Positions 41,645-53,607 of a DNA stretch of 64,000 bases are shown here, in pieces. Under the pieces are notes generated by a model. The model was not told the origin of the DNA, made no database searches, and saw only the letters and a program-made list of their open reading frames with translations. Every line of letters begins with the position of its first letter. The stretch's first letter is position 1. Location of the stretch: the NCBI GenBank assembly GCA_964016885.1, contig OZ024747.1:17918001-17982000 (forward strand), in the 5' to 3' direction. The translations under genes were made by a program, and so were the position numbers. This DNA is from Eledone cirrhosa (Eukaryota).

Positions 41645-41755
41645 TTTATTTTTATCATTAAGTGTTTCTTGTAGCTGGTATAAATTATTTCTCGTTATGT
41701 TGAGTTCAGTCGAAAGCTCTGCACCATCTTGTAACTGTGCTTCCAGTTCAGTAAC
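41645..41755 (-). CDS. GOLGA1: GOLGA1 coiled-coil exon
   Basis: 111 nt, AG/GT, VTELEAQLQDGAELSTELNITRNNLYQLQETLNDKNK. Confidence 0.85.
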
Positions 41756-42831
41756 CTAGGGAAAACAAATTAAAAGAAGTTAGAATTTCTGAGTTATATT
41801 TTATTGTATTATAGTAGAAGTCTTGAAATATTCATATATCAAGCATACATTTCTATATATAAAATCAACCCAGTATACTCTGTAAAGTAGTTGGAATTAG
41901 AGACAGCATCCAACAGTAGAAACCATGCTAAAGATGGAATATATGAACAAGGTGAGGTCCCTTGACCTGTCAAGTCCTGGACCATGCCAATCCATCCAAC
42001 CCACAGTAGCATAGAAAACTAACATAAAATAATGAAATATATAAAAGAGAGTAGACAGCATTGGTTTGGTTATGTGATGCGTGTGGGAGATAACAGCTCT
42101 TATAATGAAGTCAAAGAAATTTCAGTGGATGGGACACATGAAAGACCTAGGAAGACATGGGATAAAGTAGTGAAAACTGACCATAAGAAACTGAACCTCA
42201 TGACAGAGATAACAAAAGACCACAAGGATTGGCAACATGCAGTATTGGAGAAGACTCAGCTATCAGCATAAATAAGTGACCCAACTCACCCACTTCCCAC
42301 TCCAGTACACCATAGTAACTATTCTCACCAGCCTTGTATGCCCCACCCCACATCAACTCCATCCAGGACTATCTCCATTCTATTTAAATCCTAAAGCATC
42401 AGTCAAATACCCTTAATAGTTGTCTGCATTAATACAAATACCCTTAATAGTTGTCTGCTCCCACACAATCCCAAATCACACAGCCACCTCATACCTTCCC
42501 TCTTATCACCTTCTCAAATTCCATCATACCAGTCATCCTCATCCCCCCACCAATTGTCTCTTATCTGTGACTTACTTTCTACACTCCCCACCTTCGTATT
42601 CCTCCCCCTTCTTGTAGAATAGGGAGGGCTCTTCAGTCAAGTCAATAACTGGCAACCTCTCCAGTGCTGATACCATAATTTCTACTATAGGCACAAGGCC
42701 AGAAATTTAGGACGAGGGGAAAGTCAATTAAATCAACCCAAGTGCATTACTGGTACTTTATTTTATCGATCCCATAAGAATGAAAGACAAAGTTAACCTC
42801 GACAGGATACCATAACAAAAAACACCCTAAC

Positions 42832-43013
42832 CTGCTTTTTGAACTGGTCCAATTTTGTCTCATTTTCTTCCACTTCCTTTTTTAGTGCAGTATAAGTTTC
42901 AGATTTCTCTTTCAACACTTGCTCATATTCCATCTTCTCAACTTGTTGACTCTGTTGTAATGACTGAAGCTGTTGAAATAGCTCAGCATTGCGTAAAAGT
43001 AGTTTATCTTTCT
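42832..43013 (-). CDS. GOLGA1: GOLGA1 coiled-coil exon
   Basis: 182 nt, phase 1-0, (E)KDKLLLRNAELFQQLQSLQQSQQVEKMEYEQVLKEK...KKQ. Confidence 0.85.
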
Positions 43014-43081
43014 CTAGAAACAATTAGAAAAAAAAAATAAATGAATAAATAAATAAAGACAATACAGTACAATTACATTAA

Positions 43082-43297
43082 CCCTTTAGCATTTAAACCG
43101 GCTGTATCCAGCCAGAATTCTCTCACCTCTTTCTGTTCAAACCAGCCATAACTGGCCGCTTTAGGTATTGTTAAGGTATTGTTCTGAAAATAAATATCAA
43201 AATCTCATAGATTCGATATTATGTGAGATAATTGTGAGATAAAGTATTTACCATGAAAATACAATAGTAAATATAGAGTAATGTAAATGCTAAAGGG
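43082..43297. mobile_element. piggyBac-type MITE
   Basis: TTAA-ccctttagcattta ... taaatgctaaaggg-TTAA. Confidence 0.82.
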
Positions 43298-43454
43298 TTA
43301 ATGGAACAGTTGTTGATATCACATTAATATGAACATAAAACTTTGTGAGATCAAGACGCTGCATTCTTTAAAACCTCCATGCTTCCTGAGATTCGCCAAC
43401 ACTGCACCTGATGTCCCCCCCTCCATACACATGCACACATGTATTTCATGAAAA

Positions 43455-43912
43455 TTTGTTGAAATGGATATCAAGCCGCTATCTGCAGCCTCAGATATTC
43501 AGGACGTATCAGAGGGTTCTTGCTGTTCCCAGCAAGCATGCCTTTTGAAGTGTTCCAAAAAGCGGGGCTGGACTAATCTTCTTTAACCATCCTTGGAAAC
43601 TCTTTGAGATAGTACCTAGTCCGCCTGTGACAATCGGGACGACCTTGATTACATGGCAGTTCCAAATCCTTTTTAACTCCCACTTTAAATCCTGGTATCA
43701 GTTAATTTTCTCCCTCTCCTTTTCTTGCACTCTCGTGTCAAATGGGCAGGCCACATCTACAATCAGGCACAATCTTTTTTCCTTGTCAAAAACCACCAGG
43801 TCAGGCCTATTGTGTTCTAATTTCATGTCCGTCTGTATCCTAAAATCCCATAGCACCTTCACCTGATCGTTTTCTATCACCGACTCTGGCTTATGCTCAT
43901 ACCACTTAATGC
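43455..43912 (-). mobile_element. R4/Dong-like (RLE) retrotransposon 3' fragment
   Basis: KWYEHKPESVIENDQVKVLWDFRIQTD...NRPDLVV...IVDVACP...QKACLLGTAR with in-frame stops. Confidence 0.85.
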
Positions 43913-43916
43913 TTAC

Positions 43917-44019
43917 CTTCAGTGCAGCACTGTAGTTCCATCTTATTTTGTGATGCTTCTAACTTTACAGACTGCAGTTCCTCTAACGCTGCATGAAGTT
44001 GTTTTTCAACAGCTTGTAA
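43917..44019 (-). CDS. GOLGA1: GOLGA1 coiled-coil exon
   Basis: 103 nt, phase 0-1, LQAVEKQLHAALEELQSVKLEASQNKMELQCCTE. Confidence 0.82.
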
Positions 44020-44578
44020 CTGGAAAAGAAAAAAAAAAAAAAAAACAGACACCAGGAAAATGAAAATATGTAGTAGTTAAAAGGAATAATTGAAGACTGA
44101 GAAAAAAGAAAAGCGGATGGAATGGTCATATTTGAATCTCCACCAATTCAATGCTAACCATGTGCTTAAGCAAATGCAATAACAGCTGATCCCACCATGA
44201 GACCTTTATGTCAAAGGCCTGTCTATGAGGGAGTCAGCCCACATGGTATCAAGGTATGGAATACATTTACTTAACTAAGAGAGTCAATTGCTTTAATTTG
44301 AATAAATTTACGTCAATTCAATGCTATCCATGAACTCAACTATAAACCTACATACAACCCCAGTCACAAAACATTTACTGTACAAAAACTACACTCTACC
44401 CCACCCCCAGGCAAAACAACAACTAACTTGCACCAATTACTGGAATGGGGGGTGACAGACATCATCAGGCTGTAGCCACCATATTATGTAATTTCTATAA
44501 TACTCAGCAGAATCTACAAATCATTGTATGATCAGGATTACCACCAGAAATATTCTCTCATCATATACCTCGACCTAC

Positions 44579-44668
44579 CTTATTCTCCACATCCTCCAAT
44601 TTACTTGTTTTTTCCTCAAGTTGACTTAACACACTGGAATATTCATTCTCCCGAGAAACTAGTTTATC
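44579..44668 (-). CDS. GOLGA1: GOLGA1 coiled-coil exon
   Basis: 90 nt, phase 0-0, DKLVSRENEYSSVLSQLEEKTSKLEDVENK|gtaggt. Confidence 0.78.
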
Positions 44669-45191
44669 CTAAAAGAGACAGAAGAAAAAGTATATAATTG
44701 TTATGATAACAAAATGAAATGAAAATATTAAATGAAATTTCATAACATTTAAACCAAAGGTGAGTCAATAAAATGTTGCTATATATACGTGTGTGTGTGT
44801 TTCTATTTTGTCACCATTATGTTCATTTTATTCATGCAAGCATGGGTTTGATTAAACATTTTGAGGCAGTATTCTGTGATTAGAGGCCCTTCCTGATGCC
44901 AAACCTTAGTTGTTTTTTAAGGCACTCATCTTTCCACATCAAACCACTGAGTTGTGGGACCTTTGTTTATGCAAGATATTCAATAGCTAACACATGCACA
45001 TGATAGGCTACCAAATTCACTCACAAGGAATTGGTCATCACAAGGGTACAATAGAAGGGACCCATGGTGTTGTGCAGAGGGATCAAACCTGAAACCATGT
45101 GGTTGTGAAGCTTTCATTTCGGCAAAAAGCAAAAATGAAGTGAATACCCAACACTTAAGTTACATGCTTAAAATATAAATATTAATCTTAC

Positions 45192-45287
45192 CTGTAATTC
45201 CTTTCTCTCATCTTCTAAAGTTTGAACTTTCCTTTCTAAAAGTAATTGTTTTGCACTCATTTCCTCCTCATTTTCTTCCATTTGAGC
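45192..45287 (-). CDS. GOLGA1: GOLGA1 coiled-coil exon
   Basis: 96 nt, AQMEENEEEMSAKQLLLERKVQTLEDERKELQ. Confidence 0.83.
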
Positions 45288-45806
45288 CTAAAATTAGAAG
45301 AAAAATAATTAAAATAGAATAAAAAATTAATATAAATTTAATCAGTCATCAGCTCATATTTTAATAATTGACTTCGAAACCGTCCAGGTTAGCCCTAACT
45401 AATCAGACCTATGATGAAAGGAATTCTAACCATAACCCTCGTTTTATTTTTTTAATAACAAAATAAAAAGGACTCATCTGTCGCATCAAAGACAAAACAA
45501 CCTCTCAAATGCTGGTTCTATGATAAGATACACAATACAACCTGCAAAACAGTTGATGTTAAGAAGAGCAGTTGACAGTAGGAGCCATGCTAAAACAGAT
45601 TATATTTGAGCATGGATCCTGTTCCATTTTTCGCTTAATTTTTAAAGCTGAATACCCTTCCTAACACCAACCACTTTCTAGCATGTACTGGAAGCATTTT
45701 AATGTTTATGTATATGTGTGTTTGAAAATCATGAAACTTGTGAAACCTGTAAAGTTATTGTAAATAAACTTTCTTAAAATTGCATTTTTAACCTCTGTCT
45801 CTCTTT

Positions 45807-45852
<46 letters not shown>

Positions 45853-45911
45853 AAAGAGAGACAGAGGTTAAAAATGCAATTTTAAGAAAGTTTATTTACA
45901 ATAAATATATA

Positions 45912-46083
45912 TACCATATTTCCTGGCATTGAAGACGCTACTTTTTTCCTAAAATAAGTCTCAAAAGTCTACCATGCATCCTGGTGGCCGAAGGTTGTTT
46001 AATATTTCTTTTCAAACTTTTGGTTGTCAAAATCAGGATGCGTCCACCAGGACGAAGCGTCTTCGGCGCCAGGAAATATGATA
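45912..46083. mobile_element. pogo/Tigger-type MITE
   Basis: TIRs taccatatttcctggcattgaagacgc / gcgtcttcggcgccaggaaatatgata in a TA context. Confidence 0.7.
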
Positions 46084-46147
46084 TATATATATATATATGA
46101 AATCCCCCAAAAATACAAAGACCAAGAAAATAAAAAAAGTAACTTAC

Positions 46148-46300
46148 AATAGTCTGGTCAGCAGAAAACTTAACCTTTTCGAGAGTAGTTAGCCCTGTTG
46201 TTAATTGAGATTCAAGGGTCTCGATTTTATTCAGTAAAAGATCTTCAGTTTCTGAATGCTTCATTTTCATTTCTTCTAACAATAATTCATTTTGCTTTCT
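46148..46300 (-). CDS. GOLGA1: GOLGA1 coiled-coil exon
   Basis: 153 nt, RKQNELLLEEMKMKHSETEDLLLNKIETLESQL...ADQTI. Confidence 0.83.
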
Positions 46301-46662
46301 CTAGAAACAAGAGAGTGTAAAAAAAAAAAAAGAACACATCAGTGGGGTTTTCTTTTAGTTTTTAGTGTTTTTTTTTAATTTTTAGTGTTTTTTTTTTAAC
46401 TTAATTTCTTTCACTGGTCACCCATGCTTCTTTCTTAAACACTTTGATACCAAACAGACTGAAACTACTTCTGGTTCTTTGAGATAAAACTGATTGTTTT
46501 AAAATATTGATATTTGCTTAAAAACATTCCATTACAATTTTATGTAAGAACCTTTGTTTAGTTACATTCCAAGCACCAGCTAGTTACATTACTAAATCCC
46601 TTTAAATACTTGATTATTTGTGTTTTTCATTAGCAACAACAATAGAATGATATTTAACAAAC

Positions 46663-46758
46663 CTCCTTCTCATGTAAAACATCTTTTTGAGTGGCAAGGT
46701 CCCAGTTCTCTGATACTCTCTTTTCTGCATCTTCTAGTTTCATTTGCAGATCTTCAAT
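46663..46758 (-). CDS. GOLGA1: GOLGA1 coiled-coil exon
   Basis: 96 nt, IEDLQMKLEDAEKRVSENWDLATQKDVLHEKE. Confidence 0.82.
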
Positions 46759-47190
46759 CTATGGTAAGAAAACAAAACAATCAATAAATACATAAATAAA
46801 AACTAAATCAACATCATCAGCAGCATCCTTTTTATATTTGCTTTTCAAAGATGGCATGGATTGGACAACACTTTCAAAGATTTATCCTGTAACCAGATGC
46901 TTTTCCTGACACTAACTTATACTTCATATTTAAGGCACACACCAGATTCATCAGGTGAACCTCTAAGCTGCAGGGTGTATTGCTTATGTGGAACATAAAC
47001 AAATATAACAACCTGCTTTAAAGTGTCAATATGAAGACATATACATGAGTTTCCTTACAGTTTCTGTCTACCAAATTTATGGTGGTGGTGTTTGGGGGGA
47101 TGGTGGCAGAGGTGGTAGTGGTAGTAATGATAATGATGATGGATGATGGTATTAATGATGACAGCGGTGGTGATGATGATGATAACACAC

Positions 47191-47286
47191 CTGTTTGTGC
47201 AGATTTATCTTTTCCAAGTTAGCTGCCTGTTGACTTCCACTTAATTCTTCACTGTCTTCAATAATCTTCGCATTCAGATGGGAGAT
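47191..47286 (-). CDS. GOLGA1: GOLGA1 coiled-coil exon
   Basis: 96 nt, ISHLNAKIIEDSEELSGSQQAANLEKINLHKQ. Confidence 0.82.
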
Positions 47287-48104
47287 CTGAGAATTGAAGA
47301 AAAGTTTTTTCAAATGAATTAAGATTCCTTTTTTTTTTAAATCCACAACACAGCACAATTTATAAATTAAATCTACCATTAGCTGCCCTGTATACAATTC
47401 TCTACTTCTTTACCCCTTCCTATTATGAGTCTATAAAAATAGACTTATGTAGTTGTGTACCCAGCTAGAAATAGCAGCCACATCTCCTTCAAATTACACA
47501 CTACCATCTTTAAAATAGAGAGACATTGCTAACATGAGTCTAGATGATCAGTACTTGAAAAAAAGGCTGTAATGAAGTCATCACAGCTAAAATGCTGTTG
47601 ATTATAAGCTTGCTCCATCAAGAGCCAGCAACAAAGTCACCAGGTTCATTTGATCTGCTAGAAATAGCAGCCAAATATCCATCAAATAACACCACACCAC
47701 CTTAGAATAGAATGCATTGGAATAATGTAGTGCCAGGTATAATATAGCTGAAAATAAGATGTGATGGTTATAAGTGAGACATGAATGATCAAATGATCTT
47801 AGGTCTTCACTTCACAGATGACAAGAATCTTGAGAATAACATGAGTCAACAAAATCACTCAACATGCCAGAAATAACAGATGAACCACTTCTCCAATTAC
47901 CAAATAAGGAAGGACACATTATATAATGTAGCCCTAGATATACTTTAAGCTAAAAAAAAAAAAAAAAAAAACAAGAAGACATTTGAGCTGTTCAATCAAG
48001 GCTGACTCTGGTTAAACAACATCATCATTATTATTATCATTAAACAACATCATCATTATTATTATCATTAAACAACAATATATACATTTTTTTTTTTGTC
48101 TTAC

Positions 48105-48200
48105 CTGCCCTTCAAGGTGGGTTATCTTGTCACTCCAAGTAAATTTTACTTCCTGCAACTGTTGCCGTGACTCAGACAACTTTTTTTCAAGGCCATCCCT
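48105..48200 (-). CDS. GOLGA1: GOLGA1 coiled-coil exon
   Basis: 96 nt, RDGLEKKLSESRQQLQEVKFTWSDKITHLEGQ. Confidence 0.85.
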
Positions 48201-48236
48201 CTAAAAATGGAGAAGAAATTATTATTATTATTAGTG

Positions 48237-48433
48237 AGGGTGGTGGATTGGCAGTATCGGTAGAGCGTCGAACAACATGCTTTGTGGCATTATAGGTTCT
48301 GAGGTTAGCTTTGCCTTTCATCCTTATAGGGTCAATAAAATAAAGTACCAGTAATGCACTGGGGTCGATTTAATCGACTTTTCCTTCTCCCAATATTGTT
48401 GGCCTTGTGCCTAAATCAGAAACTATTATTATT
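48237..48433 (+). mobile_element. Deu/Nin-domain-like SINE (family B, representative copy)
   Basis: Core tttgcctttcatcc...gggtcRataaaataaagtaccag; other copies near 3670-3890, 5590-5800, 10770-10980, 15715-15915, 17965-18325, 19110-19235 (+) and 20150-20365, 38090-38780, 54430-54805 (-). Confidence 0.75.
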
Positions 48434-49050
48434 AGTAGTAGTCTTATTTTTATAGCATGTCATCACTGTATTTCCAAGCACAACTGTATATGCCTTGAGT
48501 ATGGGCAATATTGTTTTGGGTACTTTTTGTAATTATTTTTAGTAGCAGCAACTTTATTAACAGTGTCTCATAACCCACAGTGATGTTGGATTTTTCAGTA
48601 AACTGATTCCTTTTCTTTGTGCATTAGTTCATAACATGTGCTGAATAGTTTCTTGTCAAAATCATCCTTATCATTTTTACTTCCATTTTTCCCTGCTTGT
48701 CTGAGTTGGATGAGCCCTTACAAACACAGATCCCTTCACCCATCTTGTCCCTCTGTCATCTGCTTTGTGAACTTGCGCATTCTGAGATCAGCTTTCACTA
48801 CTTCTATCCAGGTTTTCCTCTACTTACCTCTACTAAATCTTTCTTCCCTTGACACTGTTTCACCAAACGATCATCCTCCAAATGCATTATGTGTCTATAT
48901 TAGTGCAATCTTCTCACACTATATCTGATTCCATTAATGCCTAATTTTTCCCTCAGTTTATTTGTGCCTTGTCTTTCATGCATAGTAACATTACACATCG
49001 AATGTTCATTTCATTTTTTCTAGCTTTCACACATATAAAATTAAACTTAC

Positions 49051-49179
49051 CTCTGATTGTAAAGCCTTAATTTGATCATTCTCTGAAAGACCATGATCAT
49101 TTAAACGTTGTTCAAGTGTGTTAACTCGCTCTTCTAAATGGCTAATTTGGTCATTCTTTTCTTCAATAGTTTTGGTCAT
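49051..49179 (-). CDS. GOLGA1: GOLGA1 coiled-coil exon
   Basis: 129 nt, MTKTIEEKNDQISHLEERVNTLEQRLNDHGLSENDQIKALQSE. Confidence 0.87.
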
Positions 49180-49866
49180 CTGAAATAAATAAAAGAAATC
49201 AGTAAAAGCAACTACAACTACTAAATTGGCATTAGGAAGGGCTTCCAGTTAAAAAAGTGGAGCATACATGCAAAGCATAGTCACCTGACTAGTCTGACCT
49301 CAGTACATGACAGCCTATCTAACCTATGTGAACATGGAAAATAAACTTTAATGGTGATGATGTTTTTGAGCCAATGAAGGAACCCATACAGTATTGCTAA
49401 ACATGTTAGACATAGCAGCCAAAGTTTCCTCAAATTATACCCTACAATCTTGAAAAGCAGTATTCACATTAAGATAACCATTGCCTGCTGGGATCAGCAA
49501 GAAGGTTCCCATCATAGAACCTAACAACAAATGAAATATCTAACTGAACAAATTTTGCCAAATGTAGACCAAATTGATCAACAGCATTTTACTTGCATAC
49601 ATTCCCATACTCTACTGAGTGCATTTCATCATGACACCAGCACTAAGGAGGTGGTTATGTCTTTGACACAGTTGAGAAGTCATCCCAACCCACTGGTAGG
49701 TTTTCTGTCTGGATGCCCTTCCTTTTACCAAACACTTTACAGAGTGTATTTATCGTGTAAATAACAATATAAAAGGACAGACAAGCTATTAAAACAAAAA
49801 AACAGTTTTCAATATTCAATATACATAGTTATAGCATTTATATCAATGGTAGTACACAAAACTTAC

Positions 49867-49962
49867 TTTTGTCTTACATAAGTCATAATTTCTCTGCAAG
49901 GTGACATGATTGTTTTCTAGTTCGGCAGTCGAAGATTCTAAATTTGATGCATGTTGAGATTT
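49867..49962 (-). CDS. GOLGA1: GOLGA1 coiled-coil exon
   Basis: 96 nt, KSQHASNLESSTAELENNHVTLQRNYDLCKTK. Confidence 0.82.
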
Positions 49963-50286
49963 CTGAAAGAAGATTATTATTTTTTATATATAGGGAAATT
50001 ATATAAACTGCTTTATCCATGGCATATTTCTACTGAGAGATGGATTATTTTCAGTATTGATTTAATGATATTTTGGAGACAAAGACATAGAGACTTACAC
50101 AAACATACAAACAACAGGCTTTCACAGTGTTTCCAACAACCAAATTCACTCACAAGGCATCGGTTAGCCTGAGGCTTTAGCAGAAGACCCTTGCCCAAGA
50201 GGCCATGCAGTATGACTGAACCCAAAACTACATGCTTTAGAACCAAACTTCTAAACAACACAGCCATGACTATAAACAGAACCTAC

Positions 50287-50398
50287 CTGTTTGAGTGTAT
50301 AGGTCAATTCAATGACACGTTTTTCAAAGGCTGACTTATCAACAGTGAGTGTCTCAACAGCTTGTGCTCTTGCTTTACATTCTTCTTTCAATATATTA
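50287..50398 (-). CDS. GOLGA1: GOLGA1 coiled-coil exon
   Basis: 112 nt, phase 2-0, NILKEECKARAQAVETLTVDKSAFEKRVIELTYTLKQ. Confidence 0.82.
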
Positions 50399-50477
50399 CT
50401 GATTAGGGAAGAAAGAACAGATTGTTTAGAGGCATTTTAGTGGAATAAACCAGATATGTATACATATTCATACAAAT

Positions 50478-50940
50478 ATTTCATTTCATTTCATTTGAGT
50501 CCATGCTCAGGCCAAGTCGAAGACTCCACCCTCAGAGTCTGGTGTGGTTGCCAGGTTGTATTCTCTGTTTAATTTTGACATGTGTAGGAGCAAGTTTGAG
50601 TCAGTTTGTGCTCGTTGTGTATATCCTGGGAGATGGGGTTCATCTCTAATGGTGCTTAAGTATCTATCCAGCTGCAATTTGAATGATTCCACACTGCATC
50701 CTGATAGATTTCTGACATGTACCGGAATGGAGTTGAATAGTTGTGCTCCTCGAACCAACAGACTTGCCTCTCGCAGGGTTTTTGCTGCCTGGCCAGCCTT
50801 TTTGTTGATTGGTGGTAGCTGGCAGCGTCTTCCGTGGCACAGTGAGTGGTAGGTTTTGATACCAAAGTTTGGCACCTTTTGCTCTATCATTTTCCAAATG
50901 TATATAATTCGGTATCGCTCAAATCTTCTTTCTATTGACT
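50478..50940 (-). mobile_element. CR1/L2-group LINE 3' fragment
   Basis: RFERYRIIYIWKM...GAQLFNSIP..VRN....SFKLQLDRYL; (GAAAT)n tail. Confidence 0.75.
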
Positions 50941-51153
50941 AATATACATGACTTACTATACAAACAAGATAAAATAATGTTTAATACATACAGATTTTAG
51001 AGATTTATTGTAATAAATGGATATTTGAATACACATGTACAACACAAATATAGTTGTATACAATTATATATCTGTATATAACCCCCCCCCCCACACACAC
51101 ACACACACTCAATTAAATAAAAATCTATTACAAGCAATAGCAATGTTACAAAC

Positions 51154-51302
51154 CTTTCAATCGTTAGGCTGTCGACTTGCTCAATCAAATAGGCAACTTG
51201 GCTTTCCAGTTCTTTAGCTCGTTTCTCAGACTCAACCAGCTTAAGGGATTTCACTTCTAAATTAGTTTGGGTTTCTGATAATTCATTTTCAGCAATTAGA
51301 AG
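51154..51302 (-). CDS. GOLGA1: GOLGA1 coiled-coil exon
   Basis: 149 nt, phase 0-2, LLIAENELSETQTNLEVKSLKLVESEKRAKELESQVAYLIEQVDSLTIE. Confidence 0.84.
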
Positions 51303-51820
51303 CTAGGACATAAAGAGAAATAAATTAAACAGTACTGATTAACAATTGAAACACTTTTGAGATTTTTATTACATAATATAGTTATAAGGTAGAGAGGATA
51401 CAATAACATCTCTCAAGCTAGTGCCATGATGAAATGCAACCAGTACACTTTGTAAAGTGGTTGGTGTTAAGAAGAACATCCAACCATAGAAACCATGTCA
51501 GAAATGAAATGCAAAGGGGAGATGATTTTAGCCAGGACTTAAGCCACTTGGGTGGTTTCGCACTTATCAAGAGGCTTCTCTCACCCAGGGAGATTAAGGT
51601 CAGAGGGAAGGCAAGGTTAGTACATCTAAGAAAGACAACTGAGTGCAGTGACTGCCAAGAGAGTCAGCAATGCCAGGCTCAAAAGAACTAAAGAGACCCT
51701 ACTCCATTTGTAGGTTTGATGGGTGACTTGAGGTCTTGAGTTTATCCAACTAAACAGTGGCACATATTTTATTGATGGCTAGATGTAGAGAATGATGGTA
51801 ATAGAGCACAACAATCTTAC

Positions 51821-51949
51821 CAGATGTTTTATTTTAGCTAATTCTTGCGTTGCTAAACCCTGGAATTCATCATTTTCCTCTTCTTGTTTATAAAATTTCT
51901 CCTTCAATTTTTCAACTGCATCCAACTGACTTTGTAATTCAGCTTTTTC
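51821..51949 (-). CDS. GOLGA1: GOLGA1 exon
   Basis: 129 nt, EKAELQSQLDAVEKLKEKFYKQEEENDEFQGLATQELAKIKHL; resembles the golgin-97 'QELxKIKH' segment. Confidence 0.87.
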
Positions 51950-52320
51950 CTGTTGATATAGAAAAAAAAATATTTTCAGTTCTGGACACTAATTTATTTA
52001 ATGTACATGAATGCATGCATGTTAAAGTGTGGTCTATTCTAACCTTCTAGCATGACAGCTCAACTAACCCATACAAACATGGAAAGTAAATATTAAACGG
52101 TGATGATCATGATGCTTTATGCATAACACAAGGCATATTCGAAAAACTGAAATAAATTTGAAGTAGATATAACTACATGAAACATATAAACCTGACTGAA
52201 AATGATATAATCGAAAGTGTGTTCAATTTTTCCATCTTCACAGCGAGGCTTATAAAAAAAAATAGTTATATCTAGATAAAAGTTATCTTAGATCTTCATA
52301 TTTAGTAACTTTTCCATTAC

Positions 52321-52385
52321 CTGGATACTTTCAGATATTGTTCTCTTGTTTTCTTCTTCTAACCTTTGAAGGTCCTGTTTTAAAC
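52321..52385 (-). CDS. GOLGA1: GOLGA1 exon (most 5' exon located with confidence)
   Basis: 65 nt, phase 1-0, (G)LKQDLQRLEEENKRTISESIQ. Confidence 0.78.
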
Positions 52386-53136
52386 CTACAACAAATCATT
52401 TTAAAAGATATTCAAGCATTTGTGTAGATCTAAATATGTCATCATTATTTTATTTTCTTCTTTATATTTTTACAAATAGCACAAAAAGAGAACAACAGAC
52501 AAGTTTAAACAATAACTTACTAAAACTTAAACTGAAAGCGAAAATACCAAATGGTGATGCACCAGCAGCCTCAGCCTGTCAGCTGGAACATATAATAGAG
52601 TAATAAAGCAATACCCCTCCTAACATAGCTACCAATTTCCTCTTTTCAACTTTCATTGTCCATTAAATTTCAACGATATACGGCCCAGAGGTTTCAAATA
52701 TCAGTATAAGTCAAATATCAGTATAAATTTACCAAAAATACATTAGCTGCTATTTATAGAATATTGTATTTTTTCCCACCGATGCAAAATCCAAAGATCA
52801 AAATTTATTTTAACAATCAGTAAACCAAATTTACTAAACTCATCTAATAAGTAAATTTCCTCCATACCTGTTATCAAAAGCTCCATGCATTAATATGTAC
52901 AAACTCTGTATTTTGTTTACTGTTTGAATAGACAACAAGAAGCTAAACACTTGATATCACAGTCAACCCCACTCTCTTTCTCTCTCTCTCTCTCTCTGTA
53001 CATACTGTTAGATTTAACAGAAGAAAAACATTTGAATAATTAGAAAAAATAGTTATTAGTGCTTCAAAAATTACCATAAATTGTATTACTATATTGTGTG
53101 TATGTGTGTGTATGTCTATATATATATATATATATA

Positions 53137-53607
53137 TATGGTTATATGATGCCTGTGTGAGGAGCGCGATGCTGCATGGTAGTGAGACATGGGCAGCAAC
53201 TGCAGAGGATATTCGACGGCTGGAGAGAAATGAGGCAAGCATGCTCTGTTGGATGTGCAATGTCAATGTGCGTGAACAACCCAGCATGGATGTGTTGAGA
53301 GAGAAACTGTGACTGAGAGGGATAGAATGTAGTGTGCGAGAGAGGAGACTGCAGTGGTATGGACATGTGATGCGCATGGAGGATGACCGATGGGTGAAGA
53401 AGTACCAGGAAATGCCAGTTGAAGGAAGACGTGGTAGAGGTAGACCACGAAAAACATGGGCGGAGGGTGAGAAAAGACCTCAGATCGCTGAAGCTCATGG
53501 TGGAGATGACGAAGGACCATGACAAGACGAGAGATGCTGTGCTGAATAAGACCCGTCCCACCCTTGCAAGCAGGAAAAAGCGGACGTAAAATGATGATGA
53601 TGATGAT
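53137..53607 (+). mobile_element. RTE LINE 3' fragment, second subfamily
   Basis: LYDACVRSAMLHGSETW...RRLQWYGHVMRM...GRPRKTW; (GAT)n tail; (TA)n on both sides. Confidence 0.85.
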
